A stretch of 64,000 nucleotides of DNA, from contig NC_087437.1 in assembly GCF_036321535.1 (NCBI RefSeq), forward strand, positions 45,572,001-45,636,000, written 5' to 3'. The notes under the pieces are model-generated. The model made no database searches. It worked only from the letters and a program-made list of their open reading frames with translations, and was not told the origin of the DNA. Source of the stretch: Camelus dromedarius. Taxonomy: Eukaryota. This document shows, one piece after another, positions 50,910 to 63,066 of the stretch. A program made the position numbers and the translations under genes. Each line of letters starts with the position of its first letter. Position 1 is the first letter of the stretch.

Positions 50910-53212
50910 TAGGCAATTCTCACATTGCACAGTTCCAATGAACATGAAATTTATTTACCATAATTTAGTTAAGCAATATTAATAGCATGGCTCAAATTTC
51001 AAACACAGTATATTAACTGTAAGTATAGTCATTGCATAGAGTCCAAATTTCGCTGCCAGCTTTCAAGTCCAAACCACTACACAGAAATCAATGCATATCA
51101 CAATCAATGACTGACTACATCAATTCCTCCTCATTCTGTCAGTGATCTGTCAATCCACATCTGTTATTCAGGTCATGCACAGACAGTAAAGTGTGTGGTT
51201 GTGTTGCCTCCTTGTTGACAAGCAGTAAACCCACATGACATTTTACAAAAATGGATACTCAAAAAAAGGAATTGGCTGACAAAGATGAAAGTGCAAAGAT
51301 GAAAGAAACAATAAGTAAAGTAAAACTGAGTATGATTTAAAATGTTGATGAAAATGAAGTATCACCTCACACCAGTCAGAACGGCCATCCTTCAAAAGTC
51401 CACAAACGATAAATGCTGGAGAGGCTGTGGAGAAAAGGAAACCCTCCTTCACTGCTGGTGGGAATGCAGTTTGATGCAGCCATTGTGGAAAACAGTATGG
51501 AGATTCCTCAAAAGACTAGGAATAGACTTACCATATGACCCAGTAATCCCACTCCTGGGCATATATCCAGAAGGAGCCCTAATTCAAAAAGACACCTGCA
51601 CCCCAATGTTCATAGCAGCACTATTTACAATAGCCAAGACATGGAAACAGCCTAAATGTCCATCAACAGATGACTGGATAAAGAAGAGGTGGTATATTTA
51701 TACAATGGAATACTATTCAGCCATAAAAATGACAACATAATGCCATTTGCAGCAACATGGATGTCCCTGGAGAATGTCATTATAAGTGAATTAAGTCAGA
51801 AAGAGAAAGAAAAATACCATGATATCGTTCATATGTGGAATCTTAAAAAAAAAGAAAAAGAAGAAGTAGAAGCCGACAAATGAACTTAAATATAAAACAG
51901 AAATAGACTCACAGACATAGAACACAAACCTGTGGTTGCCAGGGGAGAGGGGTGGGAAGGGACAGACTGGGAGTTCAAAATTTGTAGATACTGACAGGTA
52001 TATATAGAATAGATAAACAAGTTTATACTGTATAGCACAGGGAAATATATACAAGATCTTGTGGTAGCTCACAGTGAAAAAGAATGTGAAAATGAATATA
52101 TGTATATTCATGTATGACTGAAAAATTGTGCTCTACACTGGACTATATTGTGCTCTAACTGACTATAACTCAATAAAAAAATAAATAAAATAAAATAAAT
52201 AATAAAATAAAATGTTGATGAAGATAGAGTGAGACCTAAAAGATAAAATATTACCCACAATGAAAAAGTCCAACAAATATAAAATCAAGGTAAACTTATT
52301 TCAACATCTTTTAGTTAAATTGCATTAGGAACAGAAAGCTGCTAATGTCATTGAAATGGGGCTTTTACTTCTACTTTGAACTGAAGACTGTCATCAAAAA
52401 CAAATCCCAATCAGTCTGGCTACCACTCAGCCCAAAGCAATGAAGTTAGTTGCCACACTGAAAGAAAACTATATTTACTAGGAGCCCGAAGAGGGACCTT
52501 TAGCTACCAGTAAAGGCTGGTTTCATTGTTCCATAAGTTGACATGAATTGATTAATCTTAAACTATCTGCTGAAGTTCTAGCTCAGATGTAAAAAATGCT
52601 TTTGTGAAATTTACAACCAGATTCCAAAGAGATACAGAATAGCTGACCATGGGAGTGTTGACACTGCCACCATTTAAAAGACTCTAGCTGTGCAGCCTGA
52701 GAAACTTAATGAAGGAGAATTTATCAATATAAATGAGGAAATGGCTGAGATGAAAAGGATGAAGATGTCCCAGAGGAAGTAACATCAGCAAAAAACTTCA
52801 CATTAAAAGAACTCAGAATTATTTTACAGTGTTGAAAGTGCAAAGGATAAAATGTTGGAAACTTAGAAGGAAGTATGACAGTTTTCCAAGGCAGAGAAAA
52901 GATACTCACTCTATATCATAAGTTGTATGATGAGAAAGTAAGTTCTGTTCAAACTATGCCTGATAAGTTATTCACAAAGAAAGGAAACAATTCTCAATTG
53001 AATAATTCTGAGTATTTTTGATGTTCCAAGTTGCAATTATTATATGAAGATCAGTCATTTTTAAAAATGTCTTATATTTAAACTGATAGTAAGAGAATCT
53101 TTGTTTTAACAAAAAAAATCATGTAACTTTCCCCACTGATTATGATTATCATTTTTTATTGTTTCAACTTGCACAATCATTTCTACTGTCCTGAACTACT
53201 GTGTAAAGCATT
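50910..53212 (+). mobile_element. TcMar-Tigger DNA transposon (MER82-related ends) with transposase remnants, split by L1
   Basis: Left end aggcaattctcacattgcacagttc; right end gcacaatcatttctactgtcctgaactactgtgtaaagc; LATSKGWF at 52500-52523 (CENP-B HTH ASxGW motif); acidic tail gatgaaaaggatgaagatgtcccagaggaagt. Confidence 0.75.
51353..52207 (+). mobile_element. Young 5'-truncated L1 with open ORF2 C-terminus and perfect TSD
   Basis: ORF 51342-51740 YHLTPVR...[18 protein letters not shown]...CTPMFIAALFTIAKTWKQPKCPS; TSD taaaatgttgatgaa at 51338-51352 and 52208-52222; (AAAAT)n tail. Confidence 0.96.
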
Positions 53213-53811
53213 TGGTAAAACAGTCACAATGAAAGAGAAAAGAATAAATATGTAAGACATGACTGATCTGTTGTATTTCAGTGATTAACAGTATTGTTCA
53301 AAACAAATTTTAATTACCTTGGCTAGCTAGTGTTGTAAACCCAGGACTTCAAGATAAAACAGAAAAACTACTACCTTAGCTCAAGAACGAAAGTAAATCT
53401 GCTGTTTGATTTGTACACCCAAGAGTAGAAAAGCGCTAGACTGAGATTTAAGGCATCCAGGTTCAAAACTGGGCTCTGCTACAAACTCCCTGTGTGACTC
53501 CAGAGCCAATCTTTCTGTTCATTCTACAAACATTCATTCCCAGACCCCTGCTAAGTGTTGAGGATATAAAATTGAATATGATATGGAATCTGGCCTCAAA
53601 GAACTCACTGTCTGTTAGAAATGAAAAACCAGAAATAATTATAGTACAGTTCTCATCTATGAATCAGACCTAGTAATGCCTACCTTCCAGGGTTACCAGA
53701 GGATAAAATAAGACTGTACAAGAAAGCATTCTGCTGTCAAGTAGTATACAAGTACTAGCTAGTGCTAGTGTAACTGTAGCACCTGGAAAAATCAGACTAT
53801 TACTCTTATCC

Positions 53812-53963
53812 GATAGTTCTCACGGTTCAGTCTGCAAACCAGCAGCATCAGCATCCCCTGGAAACCTGTACAAAATGCATATACTTGCCCTGGCCCTCAG
53901 ATCTAGTGAATTAGAAACTCTGGAGAGGGGGGCCCAGAAATCTGTGTTTAACAAGCCTTCCAG
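53812..53963 (+). mobile_element. MER5A hAT MITE, 3'-truncated at the L1 junction
   Basis: accagcagcatcagcatcccctggaaacc...gaattagaaactctgg...aatctgtgtttaacaagccttccag. Confidence 0.85.
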
Positions 53964-55162
53964 ATTAGAAAGCATTGGAAATAGAGCAGACCACGTGGAA
54001 GAGAGAATTAGAGAGCTTAAAGACAAATCGGGAAGTGATACAGGTAAAAGAAGAAAGAGAATTAAGAGCTAAAAAAAAACGTGGAAATTCTACAAGAACT
54101 ATCTGACTCTTTTTAAGTGCAACCTTAGGATAATGCATATCCCAGAAGGAGAAGAGAGGGAGAAGAAATAGAAAGTTTATTTAAAGAAACAACTGATAAT
54201 TTCCCAAACCTGGGGAAGAAACAGATATGTAATTCCATGAAGCTAAGAGAATACCTAATTCTCCATGCATAAAACTGTCAAATGTCAAATGTAAAGGAAG
54301 GATTTTAAAGGCAGCCAGAGAAAAAGGATGGTAACTTACAAAGGAACCCCCATTAGGTTATTAGCAAATTTCTCAGCAGAGACTCTATATAGGCCAGGAA
54401 GAAATGGAATGCCATTCTCAAAGTACTAAAAGATTAAAACAGTCAGCTAAGAACACTCTATCCAGCAAAGTTATCATACAGATATGGAGAAATAAGGACT
54501 TTGTCAGACAAACAAAAGCTGAGGGAGTTCATCCACATTGGATCTGCCTTATAAAAAAAAAAAAAAAAAAAAAAAAAGGTTGAAAGGAGCTTTTCCACCA
54601 GAAACAAAAAGGCAAAAGTGCACAAAACATTGAGAAGGTGACAGACAGAATCAGAAAATTGCAACTCTATATCAGAATAGGTTTTTTAAACACTTTATTA
54701 TAGCACAAAGGTTAAAGGGGAAAAAAATCAGAGAAAATAACCATAGCTATTTCATTTCAGTAATGAACTCACAACATACAGAGAGATAATTTGAGACAAC
54801 AAAAACACAAAAAGTGGAAGAGGAAAAGGACAGAACCATATAGGCAAATGAAGGTAAAATACTATCAGCAGAAAATGGGGGCTATTTTATCTATGAGACA
54901 TTTTATACAGTTCATGCTAAGCACAAAACATAAATCTAGAACAGAGACACAAAACATAAAAAAAGAGGAAACTGAGAAAAACATCACAGAAAACCACCAA
55001 GCCAAAATGGCAGAGAAACACAAGGAAAAAAAAAAAAGGAGATGTAGAACAGCCAGAAAACAAAAGATAAAATGGTAGTACCAAGCCTTGACCTATGAAT
55101 AATCCTTATCAATAATCACCCTAAACGTAAATGGATTGAATTCACCAATTACAGGTCACAGA
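53964..55162 (+). mobile_element. L1 ORF1 (partial), inter-ORF spacer and ORF2 start, decayed
   Basis: ORF1-type atcccagaaggagaagag, ttcccaaacctggggaag, aaggcagccagagaaaa, tatccagcaaagttatc; ORF2 ATG at 55072 and SIITLNVNGLNSPI at 55109-55150. Confidence 0.9.
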
Positions 55163-56710
55163 AGGGGGGAATTGGTCAAATCATGGAGTAGAAAGGCACT
55201 GAGCTCACTTCCTGTCATAGGGACACCAAAATCACAACTATTTGCAGACTTACCATCAATGAAAAAGACTGGAACCTACTACAAAAGATCTTCTCCAACT
55301 AAAGATACCAAAGAAGGAACCACAATGAAATGGGCAGGAGGGACAGAGTTGCAATATAGTCGAGACTCATACTCCCTGGTGGGAAACCCACAAACAGGAG
55401 AATAAGTACAATTGCAAATATTCTTCCAAAGGAGCAAGAGTCCCATGTTGAGCTCCTCAGCCTGGAGGTCCTGCACAGAGAAGACGAGCCCCCAGTGCAT
55501 TTGGCTTTGAAGGCCAGCAGGGCTTATTTTCTGGAGTCTCAGAGGGCTGGGAGAAATATAGACTTCAGTCTTAAAGGGCAAACAGAATATCTTACATACT
55601 CTGGGACCCAGGGCAATAGCAGTAATTTGATAGGTGCCTCAGTCAGACCTACCTGCTGATCTTGGAGAGTCCCCCAGAGAGACCACAGCTCACTATATGA
55701 ACACAGACACTGGCAGCAGCCAATTTTGGGGAGCTCTATTACGAGAACACAGGTGAAGGCAAGAGCTGTTTTAGAATCCTCCCTCTAGCTTATTAGCCCC
55801 AGGACCTAGCCCTGCCCTAGCCCGAATGTCTATAGGTGCCAGTGCTAGGTGCTTCAGGCCAAGCAACAAACTGGACACAGACAGCCCCACCCACCAGCAC
55901 GCAGGCTGTGTTAAGACCCCGTGAGTCCACAGCCATCTCTGGAAACAGCCCTGTCCACCAGAGAAAACAGCCCCACACACCAGTGCCCAGGCATCAGACC
56001 CAAGAACCCCAGGGCTCTCCAGCCAGAGACCCCAGAACCAAGCTCCACCCACCAATAGGCAGGCACCAGCCCCCAGATCCCCTGGGCCTGGCCTGGTCCT
56101 CCAGGGAGTTTGCTGTAGTCTTGGGACCAGCCTCATCCACCAGGAGACAGATACCAGCAGCAAGGAAACTGTAGTCCCACAGTCTGTAGACCTGGCCTGC
56201 CAATCAGCAGGTCAGAATCTGCCCTGAGACCAGCTAGACCACCCACCCCACCAACAAGTCTGTTCCATCCTCGGGCCAAGCTCTACCCTCCAGTGGGCAA
56301 AAAACAATCACAAGAAAATAGACCCACAGTCTGTGTGCCACACCCACCAGCAGGACAGATCCTGCCTTGGGACGGGCTAGAAACTGACATTGCCAACTAG
56401 CAGACCAGCACAAGCTTCAAGACACCTCAGCCCCACAGCCAACTGTGTCAGGAATCAACTCTACCCACCAGCAACCCAATACCAGCTCTGGGACCCTGGA
56501 CCCTGGACCCTGAAACCAGACCCCAGGACTTGGCTTGGCCTGCCAGTAGGCCAGCACTACCCCAGGACCAGGCTTTAGCCAACAGTGAGCAAGCAACTGC
56601 CCCAGGGTCTCTTAGACCCTGACTAGACACCCTAACCCACCAGACACCCAGCACTGCCCCAGGACCCCCTAGGGTTCCAGAGTCAGCCACCTCATGCCAG
56701 AAGGGATTGG
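55163..56710 (+). mobile_element. L1 5'UTR (CpG-decayed), including the element 5' terminus
   Basis: G-run start ggggggaattggtcaaatcatggagtag...tgagctcacttcc; catttggctttgaaggccagcagggctt; C-rich repeated ccaccag modules. Confidence 0.75.
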
Positions 56711-58177
56711 CAGTAAACAAAACAGCATGGTACTGGCACAAAAACAGACACATAGATCAATAGAAAAGAATAGAGACTCCAGAAATAAACCTATGCACTT
56801 ATGGTCAATTAATTTATGACAAAGAAGGCAAAAATACACAGTGGAGAAAAGACAGTCTCTTCAACAAATGATGGTGGGAAAACTGGACAGTGACATGTCA
56901 AAGAATGAAATTAGAAAATTCTCTAATACCATATACAAAATGGATTAAAGACCTAAATGTAACACCAGAAACCATAAAACTCCTAAAAGAAAACATGGGC
57001 AGAACACTCTTTGACATAAACTATAGTAACATTTTTTTGGATCTGTTTCCTAAGGCAAATGAAATGAAAGAAAAAAATCAACAAATGAGATCTAATTTAA
57101 CTTAAAAGCCTTTGCACAGAAAAGGAAACCATCAACAAAGCAAAAAGACAACCTACTGAATAGGAGGAAACATTTGCAAATGATATGATCAATAAGGAGT
57201 TACTAACCAAACAGCTCATACGATTCAACAGCAAAAAAAAATTTTTTTAATGGGCAGAAGACTTGAATAGACATTTTTCCAAAGAAGACATACAGATGGC
57301 TAATAGGCACATAAAAAGATGCTCAACATCATTAATTATCAGAAAAATGCAAATCAAAACCACAATGAGGTATCACCTCACACTTGTCAGAATGGCTCTC
57401 ATCAAAAAGACAAGAAATAACAAGTGTTGCAGAGGATGTGTAGAAAAGGGAACCCTTATAGAAGGTTGGAGGGAATGTAAATTATTGCAGCCACTGTGGA
57501 AAACAATATGGAGGTCTCTCAAAAAAACAAAAATATAACTACCATTATGACCAGCAATTCCACTCGTGGGTATAGATCTGCAAAAAAAAAACCAAAAACA
57601 CTAATTGGAAAATACATGCACCCCAATCTTCATAGCAGCACTATTTACAATAGCCAAGACACAGGAGCAACTCAATGTCCCTCAAAAGATGACTGGATAA
57701 AGATGTGCTGTATATGTACACAATGGAATGCTACTCGGCCATAAAAAAGAACAAAATGTTGCCATTTACAGCAACATGGATGGACTTTGAGGGTATTATG
57801 CTAAGTGAAATAAGTCAGATGGAGAAAGACAAATACTGTATGATATCACTTATACATGGAATCCGAAAAATACAACAGACTAGTGAATATAACAACAACA
57901 ACAAAAAGAAACAGACTCACAGATAAAGAGAACAAACTAGTGGTTACCAGGTTACCAGTGGGGATTGGGAAGGAAGGAATGGCGATATAAGCAGAAGAGT
58001 TAAGAGGTACAAACTATTAAGTATAAAATGAGCTACAAGGATATATTGTACAACATGGAGAATAGAGCCAATATATTATGACTATAAAAGGAGTATAACT
58101 TTTAAAATAGTGAATCACTATAGTGTACATTCATAATTTATATAATGTTGTACATCAACTATATTCCAATTTAAAAA
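56711..58177 (+). mobile_element. L1 ORF2 C-terminal region and complete 3'UTR
   Basis: VNKTAWYWHKNRHIDQ from 56713; ORF track [15 protein letters not shown]..., [12 protein letters not shown]; ends tacatcaactatattccaatttaaaaa. Confidence 0.95.
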
Positions 58178-59430
58178 CGAGAAAGATTGCCTGGATATTT
58201 TGTATCAGACAGAATATGCTGGCATATAAATAATAATTATATTAAGTCATAATAAAGAAAATCAGTATAATACAAAGTAACTCTAGAATCAAGTATTAAA
58301 TGTTGTTAAATAAAGAAAAAAAGCTGGAAAAAATTAAAATTTACTCTTACTCAAAACAAAAATAAATTTAAATGAGTCAGTATCATGCAGTGAATGGCAA
58401 ATTAAAAATTTGAACAGAGGTCCCTGTGACTCACAAGTCCTTGCAACAAAACTACTCTGAAATGAGGCCACTGTCACCTTCTTTAACCAGGAAAGACAGT
58501 ACAGTGTAAATTCTTTCACAAGCCAAAATATAGAAATCCAAATTGACCTTAGCAAATACCTGCTAGTCTTCTACATTACTACTGAAAAATCTGGCAGCTT
58601 CTTTCACTTGCTGAGCGATTTTTCTTTGCAATTTCAGTTGAGATTGGTCATTCCTCTGCTAATAGAACTCGCCCTTGTTTTGATTAGTTTACTTAGAATT
58701 CCAGGATTCCTGGAGCACATGAAGGCTTTCTGCCACTGAAAATTACCTGGCCCAAGACCATATATTGGTTCCTTTATTTTCTTTTTAACAGAACCTCAGG
58801 TGCTAATTAGGTGCTCTTTCAAGCTGCCAGAGGAAGGCCTGAGGTCCCAAACTCCTGTCAGTCTCATCATCGTTAGCCCGGAAGTACTCCTCTATGAGGA
58901 GCTTTTCACACTTGGCATGTCCCTGCTCTTTGCAAATTATTTTAAATGCCTTCTTAATTAGAAGTACTACCTTGCCCATTGCTAATGGAGCAGGGAGGAG
59001 CTGCAGAGCCATCAGGAAACAGAGATGGTTCTGATTCCCTTTTTTCTCTCTCAGGACCCCTGTTTCTAACTGAAGTAATTGTGTTTACTCTTTAGCCAGT
59101 GTTGTGTTTCTTTACAGTAAAATGTGAATTTTTTATCTCTGGGTTTTATCATAAAACTCAGATTTAGTTAACCTTATTTTAATGTTTTTCTCCCCTCCTC
59201 CAGTGACTTCTGAAAGACACAGAGAAAAGATTATTTTGTTCAGGAAGAATTATTTATATAATGTATGTCTCTAACCCAGGCACTTATTCCCATATGTTCT
59301 GCAAGGGTATTGGAGCCATCTGTCAAAGGAAGTGTTCTCTCATTAGGAAGACTTGCCAGAGAGATCTCAGTAAGAAAGCATCACCAAACTCAGAGAAATC
59401 CTTTTTCCCCACAACAGTTAGGAAAATATA

Positions 59431-59563
59431 CAGTGATCCCTCAGCATCTGGGGAGGCGGGGATTGGTTCCAAGACCTGCCAAGGATACCAAAATCCACAG
59501 ATGCTTAAGTTTCATAAGTCAGCCATCCACATCCTTGATTCCACATCAGCAGACTAGGAATTG
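59431..59563 (+). mobile_element. Tigger-family MITE (MER2-like, short)
   Basis: TA|cagtgatccctcagcatctg...gattggttccaagacc...gataccaaaatccacagatgctt...gcagactaggaattg|TA. Confidence 0.8.
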
Positions 59564-59570
59564 TATAGTA

Positions 59571-59787
59571 CAGTCGATCCTTGAACAACTCAGGCATTAG
59601 GGACAATGACCCCTGCACAGTCAAATTCCACATATAACTTTACAGTCAACCTTCCATGTCCATGATTCTACATCTGCAGATTCAACCAACTACAGATCAT
59701 GTAGCACTGTAATAATTATTTATTGAAAAAAATATATGTATAAGTAAACCTGAGCAGTTCAAACTTAAGTCGCTCAACAGCCAACTG
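59571..59787 (+). mobile_element. Tigger2-derived MITE
   Basis: TA|cagtcgatccttgaacaac...gcagttcaaac...gtcgctcaacagccaactg|TA (TIRs and TA duplication). Confidence 0.82.
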
Positions 59788-60384
59788 TAACACTGCTCAC
59801 CTTTATTAAGAATTTATTTTCCTTTTTTATTCCCACTGACCATTTTATTCCCACTAACCAAATTTTTGGTTAATAAATTTTTAATAAATAAAAGGAGAAG
59901 AATCATCCCTCAGTTTTATTTTATTGTAAAAACATTTGCTGGTTACCCAATCATCTGATAGTGAAAATCGTAACAGATTTTAAAACCTAGTATGACTTAG
60001 AATTTATGAGAGAACTACTGAATGCGCCCCAGTATCCCCTTTCTACAACCCTGGGCAAAGGTTTATTCAGACCTGAGAGGATTTATCAGCCCATGTTTGG
60101 AATTGCGCCTAGACACTCAGAATCCAGCCATGCTGAATTCGTCCCTCCCTTTCCCATGGTTCCCACGCCCTCATCTTAGCTGACGTCCTGCCGCAGCTAT
60201 CTGGTACATCCCTTTGAGGTCATCTTGGTATTGACCCCCTCTTTTCACGTAACCCAACCCCACCACATCAGAGTGCTTTCTTCATAGCACACAAATAATA
60301 GATGCTTGAAGAATACATTGAAAACTTTAGGGCAAATTTTATTAAAAATCGATTACGAAGCTTCACTTGTTGCCTTTAACAACA

Positions 60385-60610
60385 ATAGTAATATTTATTT
60401 AGCATTACTATTTCTAGCCACTCTGCTCATTGTTTCGTATGCATTATCTTACATATTTATTGTAACTACACTATGAGAAAGGTTTTATACCACCTCTCTT
60501 AGAGATAAGAAAAAGATGCTTCTATGGGAAGATAGCTTGCCTCGCATTGCGCTAAGAAGGAACTGAGCCAGGCACCTAGAGGAATCACCAGACCACTCAC
60601 CCTTAACCAG
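60385..60610 (-). mobile_element. MIR SINE
   Basis: atagtaatatttatttagcattacta...gcattatctt...agagataagaaaa...gcttgcc. Confidence 0.55.
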
Positions 60611-60819
60611 AACTAAATGACACAACATAGCCCCTCAGGCTGTACCCTCCGCCTGGAGCTAAATTTCATCCAAAAGCTCATCCAGCAGAAATTCAACCAA
60701 TTATTAGCTAAGCTCAAAATCTGCTGACCTTCTGGAAATGTGTGGGAAAACATGAATCTTATCAATGGGTAGCTTCAGGATGCTTATCTGTTCTGTCCAT
60801 AGTCATAGAGCCTTTAAGG

Positions 60820-61015
60820 CAGGAGCTCCCTAATGGTGGCCTGCCAATCATCCAAATCAGACCCATCTGATATTTGCTGAATACACAGATTACTAAACCT
60901 CTTCCCAGACCTCCTGAATCAAAATCTCTAAAATGGGCCCCAGGAATATATCATTTTTAATAGGTTCCTAAGAAAAATAGATTTGAGGGCACAGTAAAGT
61001 CTCAGAAGTATTGTT
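60820..61015 (+). mobile_element. MER5-family hAT MITE
   Basis: atacacagatt...cccagacctcctgaatcaaaatctct...gggccccaggaat. Confidence 0.7.
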
Positions 61016-61634
61016 CCAGTGCCCCAAAGCCAAGGTTTTTAGTCACTCTGTCCCTTTCTTCTCAGTGCAGGGGTAAAGCATGCATCACATCTCCAATGTG
61101 GCTTCTTCCCCAGCCACACTTTGAGAAAAAGCGTTTGACTTACTGCATTTATACCCAACCCCTTTATTTTATACGTGAGGAAACAAAAATGGAAATAAGT
61201 TAAGTGATTTCCCCAAAATCAGGTCTGAAGGCAAGCTTCCTGATTCTCAGTTTTGGCTTTTTCTCAAGCTCAGTTAGAGAAATACTGTAAATAGTGAAGT
61301 ATTAGATCACACTTTGCAAAGTATCTGGAAAGATGTATAATGACCAGCTGATCAGATAGGGCAGGTCCTGATAAACACAGAGAAAATAATCATTGAACTA
61401 AATTTAAAGAGAAGAGCAATACTGTAATATTCCCACTCTGTACCCATAAATTTACTAAAACAATAAAAGGTAGAATTATGTCACCTTTTATCACGAAGTC
61501 TTCTATTTTTGATTTTATGACACAATATGGAGACAGCCCAAGTTATTTCATTGGCTTCTTTTGTTTTAATAACAGCAAATAAAAAGTCTTGCTGCTATTT
61601 TGTTTTCTTTTTTGTTGATAAAGAAGAGCCCACT

Positions 61635-62016
61635 TTACAGCCATACAATGGAGTACCACTTGGCTATAAAAAGGAAGGAAATGTTGACACATGCTACAAC
61701 ATGGATAAACCTTGAAAGCTTAAGTGAAAGCAGTCAGTCACAAAAGGCCGCATATCACATATGACATGTCCATTGCAGGGAACCTTGCAGAGACAAGTAA
61801 ACCAGCGGCTACACAGGGCTGGGGAGGGGGGGGGGGGGCGGTGAAGGGTGACAAGTAAAGGCTCTTTCTGAGGGGACAAAATGTTCTCAAATTGACTGTG
61901 GTGATGGTTGCCCCTACCTGTTAACGTTCTAAAAAGCCACTAAATTGAACATTTTAATGAGTGAGTTATATGCTATGTGAATTTTATCGCAGCAAAACTG
62001 TCAAAAATTCAAAAAC
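61635..62016 (+). mobile_element. L1MB-type 3' end with degenerate TSD
   Basis: catgctacaacatggataaaccttgaaa; aaaatgttctcaaattgactgtggtgatggttgc; TSD aagaagagcccact (61621-61634) / aagaagaactcact (62017-62030). Confidence 0.88.
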
Positions 62017-62937
62017 AAGAAGAACTCACTACAAATAACCCTTAACGTGTGCTACCGCTCAGGACACACACTTGACTCAGATTCACCTTTGGTGATGGAA
62101 TGTTAGATTTTACCTTTCTAAATGCCTTAAAATCTTTTTGTTCACAACATAGAAAAAAATCTTATAATAGCTGACTAAAGAAAGAAACTTCCAAAAAAAA
62201 AAATGACCTTATTTGACAAATTATCAACAAATTACATTCATTGAAGTAACAAAGTTGCCCCTTCTCTGGCAAAATCAGAATAAAGCCAGCAAATTGAATC
62301 CTTAGGAAAAAAAATCCTTAAAAATCCAGGCACAGTTACTTAGACAAACAAAAATACATATACAAAATAAATCTAAAATACTATTCTCATTCCTAGCCTA
62401 TGACTTAGGTCTGTGGTCAGCCAAGGTAGTTTGAAGAAGATGGTAAAAAGTTTCCAATTACTCTGCTATCTTCCTTCTATGCTTATACAATGGCTTTTAG
62501 TGTTTCCAACATGGAACTCTTACCAAAAGTACCAATTCCCAAAACTCAACTGTGACCTGGGAAGCCCATTTATGAGTCATACTCAGATCTCCAAGCACCT
62601 CCTATCAAAAAGCAGAAAGCAGAACACAGACAGCTACCCCAGAGTCACTTGCAAATCCATGGGTAGCTTCAGGGCATGGGTACCCTGACTGGGGAAACAA
62701 GCAAGTAACTAGTTAGATCCTTAGAGTTTGAGGAGACTAAAGACCCTACATGAAGGCTGAATTCCAGCCGCCTTAGAACCCCAAAGCTGGAGTAAGACCT
62801 ATCGCATTCTGTACCATGGAAGTTCTTCCCTGACAGAGATGACAAATGATTTTGTCCTCTATTCCCTTTTTGGAAAGACATGAGCATGGAGAATGGTGGA
62901 CAAGGAGCATAGATGGCTAGTGATCTTGTCCAAGGCT

Positions 62938-63066
62938 AGTAACCTATGATGAAAAAGAATATGAAGAGGAATATATGTATGTATCAGTCTGACTAAAACA
63001 TTATGCTGCACACCAGAAATTGACACAACATTGTAAACTGACTATACCTAAATAAAATAAAATAAA
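62938..63066 (+). mobile_element. Short lineage-specific L1 3' end
   Basis: gtaacctatgatgaaaaagaatatga...gctgcacaccagaaattgacacaacattgtaaactgactatac plus (AAAAT)n tail. Confidence 0.88.

Noticed and set aside
51342..51740. 132-aa ORF with a Cys/His motif
   Set aside because: C-terminus of L1 ORF2p in a 5'-truncated copy, not a host gene.
55771..56753. Pro/Gly/Trp-rich ORFs
   Set aside because: Chance frames in the C-rich L1 5'UTR.
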